Made by a program: the position numbers and the translations under genes. Positions 11,543 to 24,270 of a stretch of DNA of 64,000 bases are shown piece after piece. Position 1 is the first letter of the stretch. Each line of letters starts with the position of its first letter. Source of the stretch: Octopus vulgaris (Eukaryota); assembly GCA_951406725.2 (NCBI GenBank), contig OX597833.1:61194001-61258000 (forward strand). Direction: 5' to 3'. The notes below the pieces were generated by a model, which did no database searches, was not told the DNA's origin, and saw nothing but the letters and a program-made list of their open reading frames with translations.

Positions 11543-12598
11543 ACCACTATTGTCCGTTGTAGAGTTAACTGAGGGAATGTAATTTTTGAACTAATTTTCA
11601 TTATAATTATTCATTTAGTTTAGTTAATTAAATACTTTATTAAAATTCTTGGTTATATGTTTCAAAACACAGATCTTGTTTTTCTTCCAATCACTTCAAG
11701 TATTTTAAATTTTCGCCAGGTATTTTTGGAAAATTGTAGTTTCGCATGCTGATAACGAAATTCTCGTTCGTTATTTTCACTTCTAATTCCATTCTCATCT
11801 TGGTTGTATTATACAAATATGAATCTTGCAGAAGAGTCGTGCTTCGTATTACTGATCTAGGAAGGATGAAAGACAAAGTTGACTGCAGCGGAATTGGCAA
11901 AGGAGACCGATAGAATAAGTACTAAGCTTACAAAGAATAAGACCTGGGAGCGATTTGCTTGACTAAAGGCGGTGCTCCAGCACGGCCACAGTCAAATGAC
12001 TGAAACGTGTAAAAGAGTAAAAGAAAATAATAATTAAAATAAGTCCATAGATCACACCTTTGGCAGCCGCAAGTTTTGCAATGTAAAGAAACTAAAAACT
12101 AACCTAAAGTAATTGCCCTTGAAGTTGTAGATCACATACCAAAGTAGCACCAATGTAACAGCAAAACTTTGTCTCAGTTTCACTTACCAGTATTTGATTT
12201 TAATATCATATTCATGTTTATAAAATCTAATATGGTTTACATTAACAGCTGTAACAGTTAATTTATAATTTGATTTATCAAATTCTTGTTGTAAACATCA
12301 GACCCAGTGTAGGACACCTCACTATGTTGTATAAGTGTATAATAACCTATCCTAATAGTGCTAAGTGACTGATCAAGTATCTGGGGGAAACAAAACAACA
12401 TAGTTTATGTAGCATAATATTTGATTAGAGGAAACTGAATGAGCTCTGGAGTGTAATATTTTTCAGTCTCCCCATTACTGAAGGACATTTTTTTCCCACC
12501 ATAACCTATTTTAAAACAAGTTCTTGTATGGTGAATACAGCAATAAAACAGTAGTCAGAACACTAGCTTCAAAAATATCAAATTTTAAAATACAAATT

Positions 12599-12985
12599 TC
12601 TATATATATAAAGCTGAAGTTATCTGTCTATGGCAGGTTTGATAACCTTCAACTAACACTATCTCCTCTGAGACCCTGCAGTACAAGTTGACCAAAATTG
12701 AGAGTATGATAGAAGGCTTGCTCTTCCTTCCATAGAAGAAAAAATTCAAATCGGACCGTGTTAAGACCAAAAATTATTTACACCAAAAAGGTGCTTTTTT
12801 TCTATAAAAATCCCTATTTATTACGATTTTTTGACTGCTGTGTCGCCATTTTTCGGTATATTTCAACTATAAAAATGTTCACTTAAAGAGAATAACAAGC
12901 TACATAATGCAAAGTTTTTACTTTTCAAAAATTCCAATTCTAAAGAGTCGAAACAAACCCAAGCAACGCTAGGCATTACTGCTAG
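12599..12985 (+). mobile_element. Non-autonomous Helitron-like element
   Basis: Starts TCTATATATATAAAG, ends with a degenerate hairpin CCCAAGCAACGCTAGG then CTAG|T; no TSD. Confidence 0.65.
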
Positions 12986-14374
12986 TATTTAAATATTGGT
13001 AATCTAGACAAACAACTAAATGATAGAATATTACAGAAGTGCATGTAAATTTGCTGAAAATCTATCTGTCAATATTGATAGACAGAAGTGTACAGTATTA
13101 TATATCTATTACAGCTGATCTTACCAATCGGTTTCACACTAGGGGTTCAACAGAGTGTTAGGTAACAGTCTGATTATGTAACCCTCCACTCTTCAGAGGT
13201 AGTCATTAGGTAGCTAGGGTAAACCCCAACTGTTTTCTCTTGAAGCACATCTGCTTATTCCATTATCGCAATCAATATTTATCCATAGTTATTGTATGTA
13301 AATCAAAACACACATTGAAATTGGGAATTATGGAAATATTATTTGCAGCAGAGTTGTTGAATAACAAAACAACAAAATGGAAATTTTTTACTATATTTAT
13401 TCTCCATTACACATTTGATTTGCAAATAGAAATCACAAAGATCTACAAGTTACACACACACACACACACTTGTACTTATGGTGACATGCACCCTGGGCGA
13501 GTTGAGTCAGCTTCTACCACCCTCGAGGGTTGGAAGAAGTTTCGTGGGAATATGTGGATTTCACAAGCAGTCCCCAACAATCCCACATGTGGAGACATCA
13601 TGTTTGCCACAGATTGTCCGCAGACGCAGGGACAGAATGACCGAGGAGCCACCGGTTGCTAAAACAGACATTCCGAGGATTTTCACCAGAGCCCTGTCTG
13701 CTGGGTTGTGGGCCTAATGCCACTCGGTGTCAGACCAATCCGCCTTGGGTGGCCCTACCAGGAACCGAATTTCCCGACGGCATAGCTCTGACACTACCCG
13801 TTGCCAGCATCCCCACCACGGTGAGGAGGGGATGGACTTTGGATACACACACACATGTATTGGCTTCGAATTTTGGCACGAGACCAGCACTTTCAGGGCA
13901 GGGTGGGGGTGGAGTCAATTACATAGACCACAGTGTTTAACTGACACTTAGTTTATCAATTCCCGAAAAGATGACAGGCAAAGTCAGCCTTAGTCAACCT
14001 TGGCGGAATTTGATCTCAGAACATACAGACGGATGAAATGCCGCTAAGCATTTTGCTCGGCGTGCTAACGATTCTGCTAGCTTAATCTGGCTCTGGTTTT
14101 TATCCTGTTGTAATTTCAAGACTCCCCTCTCCATCACTACAGAAACCTGATGGAGAAGCCAGTTTTTGTTAGTCACCACCTAAAGAGTTGAACAGGTTGT
14201 ATTGAAGCATATGAAACCAGCAGCACTTGTGGGGGACTTGACATGTATTTCATTTTCGTGTTGACATGGAAGGCAAACGTTAAATGATGGCAGTCATTCT
14301 GTGTCTGAGGGGAGGTAACTCTGAAAGAGAATTCATTTTGAGTGTGATATGTATGTATGTATGTGTGTATGTAA

Positions 14375-14690
14375 TAATAATGAAATTATTGTATACAGTG
14401 CTCAGGTGCACCACAACTTGTCAGAAAGTGCATATAAAGCATATGCAGTAATGTACAAATGTCTGGGAAGTGAACAGTGTATGAGTCAGATACATGCTTG
14501 TGTGTGTATGGAGGGAGAAAATCAGGTGTAGTGTTGGCGAATCTCAGAAAGCATGGAAGTTTTGAAGGATGCAGTGCTCCGACAACTAACAACTGATGCC
14601 GGCAGTTTGTTCCATACTTCAGCAACCCTCAGCGTGAAAAAATGTTTCCGAAAGTCATGGGAGCTGTGCTGTTTTCTGACTTTGTAAACA
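14375..14690 (-). mobile_element. CR1-group LINE 3' fragment
   Basis: VRKQHSSHDFRKHFFTLRVAEVWNKLPASVVSCRSTASFK fits the CR1 R..FF..RV...WN.LP..VV.....FK signature, followed by a 3' UTR. Confidence 0.8.
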
Positions 14691-14979
14691 TGTATGTATG
14701 TATGTATGTATGTGTGTGTGTCACACACATCATCATCATTTTAATGTTCACTTTTCCATGCTTGCATGGGTTAGACAGAATTTATTGGGGCAGATTTCCC
14801 ACAGCCGTATACTATCGGGGTTGCAACCAACATCCCACCACAAGTGAACACGTAACGTCTGCACAATCGATCTCAAAACATTAAAATGACATGAAACAAA
14901 TACGGAAAGACAAGTATAAAAGTTGTCTCCCATCATTCGAATTTAAGGAGTGGAGGAACGAATCAAAACATTTAAAGTT

Positions 14980-15203
14980 TTCTGTTGTGTCTGGGGAGAG
15001 TCATTTTGTTTTTGTGCCTTATGATGTAACACACTCACCGGTAAAATTTCCACTTATTTCTTATTTCACGACTATTGAAAAGGTTGCAAGACGCAACGAA
15101 AGTTTTAGAAAAATAAAAATAAGAAATAAGTGGAAATTTTACCGGTGAGTGTATTACATTATAAGGCACAAAAAGAAAATGACTCTCCCCAGACACAACA
15201 GAA
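14980..15203. mobile_element. Palindromic MITE-like element
   Basis: Arms of about 87 bp (TTCTGTTGTGTCTGGGGAGAGTCATTTT...CCACTTATTTCTTATTT) inverted around a ~50-bp spacer; no clear TSD. Confidence 0.75.
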
Positions 15204-16046
15204 TATGCTTCAACACACGAACTCAAATAAAGAATCTTGCAAACCAAATCCAAAATCGAAATTTTAAGCTTTATATTTCCTTTATTATGTGCCCTATGTT
15301 AATTCAATATACCTCCACCTACACAGCTATCTAATTATTATAAGAATGCAGTCTACAAATGTTTAAATTTATTTAAATGCCGCTAAACATACAACGAAGA
15401 ACTTTTAAGACCAACCTTCTCCGGAATTACTTGCAGTTAATTATTAAAACTTAGATCGAAATTCTTGACTCACCCTTTCACGAAAGAAAATATCTTGTTT
15501 AAAAGGTCTCGGACAATGGCAAATTTTCTACAGTTGGTTATCCTTCCTGTCACCAACCTTTTCACCTTTCCAAGCAAGATAATATTTCCTTATGGCCAGA
15601 AATGTTTTCCTTAGAAGACCAGAAACGAATAACATCAACTGTATGTTGGTGATGCACATTTATAACCATTATATGACATTAAGACAAGGGTACACACATG
15701 CACGCAATGCTTCTCTTCCTTGACAACCCTCCCCGTGAGGACTTGGGATAAAGTAGTGAAGACTGATTTTTAAAATTTTGTATCTACTGAGAGTGGTGTT
15801 GGGCAAAGCCAAACTTTCTGTGCTAGCATGGTGGAAAATATGTTAAAATGGGAATAGTGATGGTGTTTGAGACATATAATAAATATCTACATCTGAGTCT
15901 TTTGTCTATTTTGTTCCTGTTTCATCTCCATTTGCTATCCTCTTCCCTATTGAATACCCTCTCATAGCTTTATTGCTCCTTCTTCAATTCTCTGCATCAT
16001 TTCACCCATCACTTGTCTCCTTTCTCTTTTCAATAAACATATATAC

Positions 16047-16467
16047 TCTCTTTTTACTCTTTTTACTTTTTTACTTGTTTCAGTCATTTGACTGTGGCCA
16101 TGCTGGAGTACTTCCTTTAGTCGAGCAAATCGACCCCGGGACTTATTCTTTGTAAGCCCAGTACTTATTCTATCGGTCTCTTTTGCCGAACCGCTAAGTG
16201 ACGGGGACGTAAACACACCAGCATCGGTTGTCAAGCAATGCTAGGGGAACAAACACAGACACACAAACATATTCACACACACTTATATATATATATACAT
16301 ATATACGACAGGCTTCTTTCAGTTTCCGTCTACCAAATCCACTCACAAGGCATTGGTCGGCCCAGGGCTATAGCAGAAGACACGTGCCCAAGATGCCACG
16401 CAGTGGGACTGAACCCGGAGCCATGTGGTTGGTTAGCAAGCTACTTACCAAACAGCCACTCCTGCGC
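16047..16467 (-). mobile_element. SINE family A, full-length copy
   Basis: Reverse complement of 19783-20188; immediately followed by a family B copy (16472-16690, minus). Confidence 0.88.
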
Positions 16468-17017
16468 CTATATATTTCTTTATTGCCCACAAGGGGCTAA
16501 ACAAGGACAGACAAAGGGATTAAGTCGATTACATCAACCCCAGTGCGTAACTGGTACTTTATTTATCGACCCCGAAAGAATGAAAGGTAAAGTCCACCTA
16601 GGTGGAATTTGAACTCAGAACGTAACGACAGACGAAATACTGCTAAGCATTTCGCCTGGCATGATAACGATTCTGCCAGCTCGCCGCCTTTTTTCAATAA
16701 ACATATAACTTCTACAAGTGTTTCCCTTCACTGTGCCTGAGTAGCCAGGGACTGCATCAGATCTACATTTATCCAATGCATGTCTCCATTTACCATCTTC
16801 TGCTGCCTGTCATCACTCCCTCTCCTTCAGACCACTCTGTTGAAACCCATCACTGTTATGCCATTGCCATTTTGATATCCTATATTTCTATTCTTTCTCT
16901 CATTAGTTAACTGTACATAGGTTTGTCTCAGATCATATTGTTACTCTCAGACACCTTTAGTAAAAACTAGTCGATGGCATCTTTTTGGCAGAATTCCACT
17001 GGTCAATGCAAATGTTC

Positions 17018-17250
17018 TGTTGACCTCGGCGGAATGAGCGGTCACTCTCACGAAATAGACATGCCTTTCCTCGCTGCTGTCTCTGCTTGAACTGCCCACA
17101 CATGCTTCCTGACCACATGTGCTTCCTGCCCACGCATGCCCCTTTCACTCTTCCACCGACCCCTGCAGTCTCCACTTCCCTTTTGCCTCATCTACCATCC
17201 TCTCCACCAACACCACATAGCTCATCACAGCCCATAACACCGCTAACACC
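17018..17250. repeat. Unclassified dispersed repeat, second copy at about 40746-40955
   Basis: Shared TGTTGACCTC.GCGGAATGAG.GGTCACTCTCA.GAAATAGAC...CACCACATAGCTC.ATCACAGCCCATAACAC. Confidence 0.75.
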
Positions 17251-19000
17251 ACATTAACATTACTCAACTCCTGTACTCTAAGCTTCCACTACCTTTCCTT
17301 CAGGGTATTTATTACTGACACCCATTACACTCTTACCACTGACCATTTTCACAACTATTCCTTTCTCTCCCACAAGCAAATATGTTAGTTCCATTACTAT
17401 TTCTCTCATTACATGCTGTCATTACTACCTCTTTTCATGACTCCTCCCACACCCTCTTTTAGTCTCTCCTCTTTTCCCTATTCTTTCACACTGTCAGCCA
17501 CTCACTCTGCTTCCCTTCTTACTCTGTCTTCTTTTTCCTTTTCACCCTGGTTTACCTTCTGCAATCACCACCTCTTTTTCTCGTGCTGCCCTGATTGAAC
17601 CAACTCAATATACAGTGGTGAGAAGTTCCTTACATCTTGCTGGGTACAAGGCAACATCACTAGTGCTGGTGCCACTATAAAATGCACCCACCACATTCTG
17701 TAAAGTGGTTGGTGTTAGGAACGACATCCAACCATAAAAACCATGAAAATATAACACATTTGAGCATACTTTGGCTGGCAGTAACTCTGAGCAGAACTGA
17801 CTTGCACCATGATGACTTATTGAATCCATACCTGCATGGAAAGTGGGTGTCAAATATTGATGATGATGATGATGATGAGCAGTATGGTGTTCTAATAAGA
17901 GAATGCACCTCTCCACCAACAGCTTCCCCTACTTCATACCCTCAAATGATTGTTGAGGTGAGTAAGCAGAGATAAAGTAAGGTTGAGAGATCCTTTTCAT
18001 CCTGTTTCACTGAGAGCTTATGAGCCCTCTAGTGTTACTATCATGATAAATGTAGTCAGTTACATATATACTCTGTAAAGTGACTGGTGAGAGGAAGGGT
18101 TTAAAACTATGCCAAAATGACAGGTACTGCTCTATGAAAATAGTAATGGTCCCCAATTAGATACAACTTGGAGAGTGATGCCCTGTCTAACCCATGCCAG
18201 CATGGAAAGTGGATGTAAAATCACAATGATAATGATGATATGCTTACACACACACATTGGTATTGGCAGATTTGTTATAGTCATAGGTTTGGTAACAGGG
18301 GGTGCATGTGCATCCCCTAAAATTTTTTGACAGGTAATGAAAATGCTTTGAACATCCCCCTGAGAAACTTCTCCACAATAAATGAGTGTCAAACTATTTT
18401 TGGGCAGATCTCAAGCATCACTTTTCCATTATTAATGTTATCTGATTTGGCGAGCTGGCAGAATCATTAGCATGCCGGGCAAAATCCTTAGTGGTATTTC
18501 GTCTGTATTTACGTTCTGAGTTCAAATTCCGCCGAGGTCAACTTTGCCTTTCATCCTTTCAGGGTCGATAACATAAGTACCAGTTACGCACTGGGGTTGA
18601 TGCAATCGACTTAATCCCTTTGTTTGTCCCCTCTGTGTTTAGCCCCTTGTGTGCAATAAAGAAATAAATTTTATCTGATTTGCTTAATGCTCAAATATAA
18701 TAATATTTACTATTATTATACCTGCGTCTGTTTTGATATTGAGATTGAAGAAGTCAATCCTGTTTGTAAAATATTTTAGACCTGGGCTTGCAATCCCTAA
18801 GCAAATTTAGTTCCCACACTTATGGTTAGGGAGTAGGACTAAATGCCTCAGTGTATTTGTTTCACACTCTCGGTTCATATCCCACCTTGGTCAGCTTTGC
18901 CTTTTATCGTTTTGGGGGTCATTAAAATAAAGGGCAATAAATTGGCAGACCTACTAGGGTGTAAGACTAGATGCCTTGTGGTACTCGAATACCTCTAGAA

Positions 19001-19219
19001 CAGTGCTTTTCAACCTTTTTGCTGGAGCGGAACCCCAAGGAAACATTCCACTGGCTCGAGGAACCCCTGTGCAATAATTTAATTGTCTTATGCACACATA
19101 TCTGCACAGGAGAATTAAAAATTACTGTCGATTTTAGCATTTTTGTAACTTCTTGCGGAACCCCTGGACTGTACTGGTGGAACCCTAAGGTTCCACGGAA
19201 CCCTGGTTGAAAACCACTG
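19001..19219. mobile_element. hAT (Charlie-like) MITE
   Basis: TIR CAGTGCTTTTCAACC / GGTTGAAAACCACTG; perfect 8-bp TSD CTCTAGAA at 18993-19000 and 19220-19227. Confidence 0.9.
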
Positions 19220-19782
19220 CTCTAGAAGAATTCATTTTGTTGCAAAAATCTAGCCTGGGGCTTCTGGTTTGAGGATAACTTTCTCCCTCCCTCCCAGCAG
19301 GAAGAAAAAAACCCAAAAGATCATGTTTGGTATTTCAAAGTCAAAGATATTTATTCAGTGTTAGTAATGGTATTTTCCTTCAAACCACAACCTGGCTTCT
19401 CAGAGTAGGAGACATTGAATAATGTAGTCCTAGATACACTGTGGTGGGGGAAAGGATAGGATGGTCACAGTGTGAACATCCTTGATCTTTAGTCTCTTCG
19501 ATCAGGGCTCAGTTGACCTGCAACAAAATAACTCACAGACATAAATGATATGGGGGAAAAATGGCTCACTGAAAAAAGAAAATCATCTCACAAATGGAAC
19601 AGCAAAACCTCGAATCGAAGGGTGAGGTGGAGTGGGGACTAAAAATGAGGCGGTAGACCTGTCCGACCCCAGCTAACTTCGAAGAAACCAACAATAAAAC
19701 TTTGACCGTGTTTATACATGTGTATCTTCTTTGACCGCTTCTTTGTCGAGTTTTCATCCGTCGACAAATATTTCAGTCAAGA

Positions 19783-20188
19783 AGAGTGGCTGTGTGGTAA
19801 GTAGCTTGTTTACCAACCACATGGTTCCGGGTTCAGGCCCACTGCGTGGCACCTTGGGCAAGTGTCTTCTACTATAGCCTCGGGCCGACCAATGCCTTGT
19901 GAGTGGATTTGGTAGACGGAAACTGAAAGAAGCCCGTCGTATATATGTATATATATGCGTGTGTGTATTTGTGTGTCTGTGTTTGTTCCCCCTAGCATTG
20001 CTTGACAACTGATGCTGGTGTGTTTATGTCCCCGTTTCTAAGCGGTTCGGCAAAAGTGACCGATAGAATAAGTACTGGGCTTACAAAAGAATAAGTCCCG
20101 GGGTCGAGATGCTCGATTAAAGGCGGTGCTCCAGCATGGCCGCAGTCAAATGACTGAAACAAGTAAAAGAGTAAAAGAGAGTAAAGAG
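19783..20188 (+). mobile_element. SINE family A, full-length copy
   Basis: tRNA-like head GAGTGGCTGTGTGGTAAG...GGTTCAG, CORE-like CACCTTGGGCAAGTGTCTT, internal (TA/TG)n, tail CAAGTAAAAGAGTAAAAGAG. Ends about 385 bp upstream of the DGAT1 ATG. Confidence 0.88.
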
Positions 20189-20299
20189 AATGTCTCGTCT
20201 TTTGTGGTTTATTAAATACACATACACACACAAATTTTAATACGTTGCACCTTGGATATGTTTTAAAAGATAACAGTTAAGGAAGGTTGCAGGAGCATT

Positions 20300-20572
20300 T
20301 CACGAAGGACACGTGATTCTCGCATTGCGACTGAGAGGGTGAATGAGTGAGGCCAAAAATTAATTTGTTATTGTTAGTGTGGCTTCTACTTTCGTAACTA
20401 CCACTAAATCTACTGCTGCTATTTCTTTCGCTACCACGACGACCACCACTAAGTAGTCATTCACCGCTGCTGCTTCCATTAAATAACAAATCACTGTTAC
20501 CGCTACCATCACGGCCTCTACTGATCTATACCGTTCACTGCTGCTGTCAGTGTTCTTGTTGTCGTCACAGAC
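20300..20572 (+). promoter_or_regulatory. Probable DGAT1 proximal promoter / 5' UTR
   Basis: Unique, CpG-richer sequence upstream of the ATG; E-box CACGTG at 20310-20315 and palindrome TCGCA-T-TGCGA at 20320-20330. Confidence 0.45.
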
Positions 20573-20796
20573 ATGGTGCCTAGCCCAATGACGCGTGTGA
20601 GTTCTAACAAGAACTCCACGCCTGATAACCCACCAGCTAACCAATTATCTAATGATGAAGGTGAAGAGCAAGTGGCATCCGACGACTATTCGCCCGCGTT
20701 GCGTCGACGGAACATGAGGAGGACGGTGAGCATGGCGAATTATGAAGAAATAACTGGCGAAGAGAAGAGGGAGCGACTGAAACAACCTGACAAACC
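20573..20796 (+). CDS. DGAT1: Diacylglycerol O-acyltransferase 1, exon 1
   Basis: ATG in good context (GACATGG); ORF MVPSPMTRV...RRTVSMANYEEITGEEKRERLKQPDKP; phase-2 donor CC|GTGAGT joins exon 2 in frame; CpG-rich. A second in-frame ATG at 20588 is an alternative start. Confidence 0.85.
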
Positions 20797-20880
20797 GTGA
20801 GTGTTTGTTTACATTTCATCTATATTTCTGTAAAATCTTATAAACAACAATGTGGGCTGACTGGGTGTATAACGTATCTC

Positions 20881-20980
20881 GACGGAGGTAAAGAATACGC
20901 ACACCACCTGTTTTCGACGTAACCCTAAACGTGGCCCTAAACACCGAAAACGGGTGGTTTACGTATTCTTTACCTTGGCC
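20881..20980. mobile_element. 100-bp MITE in DGAT1 intron 1
   Basis: About 35-bp TIRs (AGGTAAAGAATACG...GTTTTCG / CGAAAAC...CGTATTCTTTACCT); TSD CGTATCTC / CGTATCTT; core AACCCTAA. Confidence 0.8.
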
Positions 20981-23539
20981 CGTATCTTTTCACCTGTAAG
21001 AAGCATAGTTTTTTTAGGTTTCAATGAATCTGTCTGGAGTATTTAATTAATTTGAAGCCGATAATGTTTTTTTCTTTCTTCTTTTCTGCCTTACTAAGTA
21101 ATCACTGAAGCAGAAAGGTGTCAACATTCATTTAAAGGTGTGTAAAGAAATGTGATGACATGTCACTATCTTTCCATACACATCTTTTCTTTTAACCCAT
21201 TCGTAACCATATGAGTTTCAATTAGTTATAAAACCATTCAAGTATTTAGAAGGTTGTAGTATAATAATAATCATTATTGTTATTAAATTGATATCTGTAA
21301 AATGACTTAAAACTTTCTTGGTGCTAGGTTTTAAATTTAATATAAACTCATTAGAAACGTATTTTGTATGGAAGTCTAACGTGTTGGGCAAGGTTTGTAT
21401 GAAAAGCTGAGTTGGGTGTTTTGATGAGAGATATATCTGTACTTGCTTCTTACCAATATATTTATTTTCTAGTCCTCGGGATATTTGTTTGTTTTTTCTC
21501 AACTAAGTGTAAATACAAGCAACGATTTGATGTCGCTATTAATTTGTTATTATATAAATTTATTATCTTAATTCTCTATTCTTGGCGACCACAAAAGTTG
21601 ACATCGCCTTGGAACGGGTTGAAAGTTCTCTCTATCAAATGTTTATTTAGAAAACGGAAGTTATTTCAATGTCACACCGAGTCTTTCCCTTTGGGTGGGA
21701 ACTTTCTTAGAACCAGGGGCGAACTCTAAGTGCATACAAACCCGAGGGGTGCAGCTGTATCGAGAAAATTACTTCACATCTTAGTAACATGTATCAAATT
21801 ACTATTTTGGTGTTGAATCTTAAACGGTTTTTTTTTTTCATATGTTTTTTGAGAACTTCGGTTGTGGGAGGTTTCAAATCCTGAATATGGGATCCTAACG
21901 TGGTCATTTATCCTGCTAAAAATTGCAGACAAATCTTCGTCTGCCGCAACGTTCTGAGTTCAAATCCCGCCGAGGTCGACTTTGCCTTTCATCCTTTCGG
22001 GGTCGATAAATTAAGTACCAGTTACGCACTGGAGTAGATGTAATCGACGCAATCCGTTTGTCTGTCCTTGTTTGTCCCCTCTATGTTTAGCCCCTTGTGG
22101 GCAATAAATAAACAGATATTTGTGAGGGGTAACAGTTAACTCCATAAAACCCCTCATTCATTTATTTCATAAAAACGAGGTATTACGATATGCTAGGAAA
22201 AAAAATTAAAACTAATGAAATATCCTTATATGATTTATCAAATCCAGTTTAATTTTTCTAATATTGTATTCGATTAGGTAACTATATACCTCGTACTTGC
22301 TCCAGCCGTAAACTAAAAGAACATTAAAAAAAGAATATACAAATCGAAACCAGCCAAAGAATATAGAACAAAAAATGGAACTATATTAAAAAAACCATCA
22401 ATAATGATATTTCAACAATTCAAATTGTCCAGCATATACTTAATGGTTTTGAACTATGAAATATTTAAAGATAGTTGAGTTTGATCCAGTATGGTACCGA
22501 CTCCAAGATTATTCTTTAATAGGCGACCAATGAAGAAATCTTGCAGGAATTTATATTGGTTCTTTATAGATTTAATTTTGGATATTTCCAATTCTTTTGA
22601 GTTTACAGCGGTTATGTGAAGGGTCGCCGCAATGTCTTGTCTATATTCGGCCAAGAAAGATCTTTATTTAAAGACCCAAAGAAAGTTTAAAATATTGCTA
22701 TTCCAGGAATATTGTCTTTGGCGATGCAGTACAGTTATAAATGTTCTAATTTAGTCTTCTATTATAATTCCAGTGGTTTGGACTAAAAATATATGAATAT
22801 TAAATGTACCTGAGTTCTTAACAGGTATATGGTTATGAGACCACAATTGTTTTGTAACCATGTACCTGACTGTATGAAAGGGTGAGAACCAAAGTTGACT
22901 TCAATGTGGTTTGGACTAAAAATATAAATAGATAAAACTGGTTTCTGACTTACACCCAGGGCCTTTGTTGGAGATGATGTGTGTGTAAAGGGAGGGAGTT
23001 AGCGACTATATCTGTCCGCGGAAGGATGAAAAGTAGTCGACCCCGGCGGGAATCGAACTTGTGACCGCAAAGGACATTTATAAATTTCACAATACGTTTA
23101 ATCCGTTGTTCTACCGATTCTGCTTTTCCCTAACCTGCTTAAAAGCTATAAATGTAAATAATAATGATGATAATCGTTTCGGCTCTAGGAATTTTGAGGG
23201 AAGGAGCTAGTCGATAATATCGGCGGATACTTATCTTATCGACCCCAGAAGGATGGATAGCAAAATCGACTTGGCCGGCATTTGAACCTGAATGGTAAAA
23301 AGCCGCGACAGATACCATAAATCATTTTGTCTGAGGTTGTAAATGGTTCTGTCTAAATTTTTTTTTAATGTTACCTCGAGGTGGTAACAAATTGTAAACA
23401 CGTTGAAATATTTAGCCATTTGTTTGTCTCAAGGTTCAGCCATCCCATTTAATGAACGACACCTGTCTTTATTTTATCAACATCTTTATAGATTGTTCTC
23501 CTCTGTTTACTTTTCATAAAGGAATGTGTTTATGCAGGT

Positions 23540-24270
23540 GGTGTGTATGTGTGTCCATATGCATGCATGTTTGTGTGCGCGTATGCATGCGTCTTGATGT
23601 GTGTGCGTGTGCACGCGTATTGATGTGTGCGTGTATGCTTGTGTGTTATGTGTGTGTGTGTTCGCGTATGCATGCGTGGTGATACGTGTGTGCGCGCGCA
23701 CGTATGCATGCATGCTGTGTGTGTGCGTTCGTATGTATGCGTGTGTATGTGCGCGTATGCATGCGTGTTAATGTTTGTGTGTGCGTATGCATGCTTGTTG
23801 ATGTGTGTGCGCGTGCGTATGCATGCGTGTTAATGTGTGTGCGTTTAGATGCATGCGTATGTGTGTGTGTGCGTGCGTATGCAAGTGTGTTAATGTGTGT
23901 GTGCGTGCGTATGCATGCGTGTTGATACGTGTGTGTGTGTGCACGCGTATGCATACGTATTGATGTGTGTATGCATGCTTGATGTGTCTGTCCGTATCCA
24001 TGCGTATTGTATGTATACGTATGCATGCATATTGATGTATGTGCGTTCGCGCGTGCATACATATTGTGTGTGCGCACTTGCATGCATGTTGTATGTGTGC
24101 GCGTGTGCATTTATGTGTGTGCATGTGCGTATGCATGCATGTATGTGTGTGAGTGTGCACGCATACTGTGTGTGACTGTGCATGCATGTTGTATGTGCGT
24201 GTTGTGTACGTGTGCATGCGTGCTGGTGTGTGTGTGCTTGAGCATGCGAGTTGATGCGTATCTGAGTTAA
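23540..24270. repeat. Alternating purine-pyrimidine low-complexity tract (TG/CG/TA/CA)
   Basis: Seen directly; explains the C/V/M/H/T-rich spurious ORFs. Confidence 0.9.

Noticed and set aside
17020-17100. TTCCTCGC motif resembling an HDV-ribozyme L3 loop
   Set aside because: Could not build P1, P2 or P3 pairings or a catalytic J4/2 strand in either copy.
22200-22720. Coding-like AT-rich minus-strand stretch (66-aa ORF 22454-22654); similar stretch at 25877-26260
   Set aside because: Interrupted frames and no motif I recognise; possibly a decayed transposon ORF, needs tblastx.
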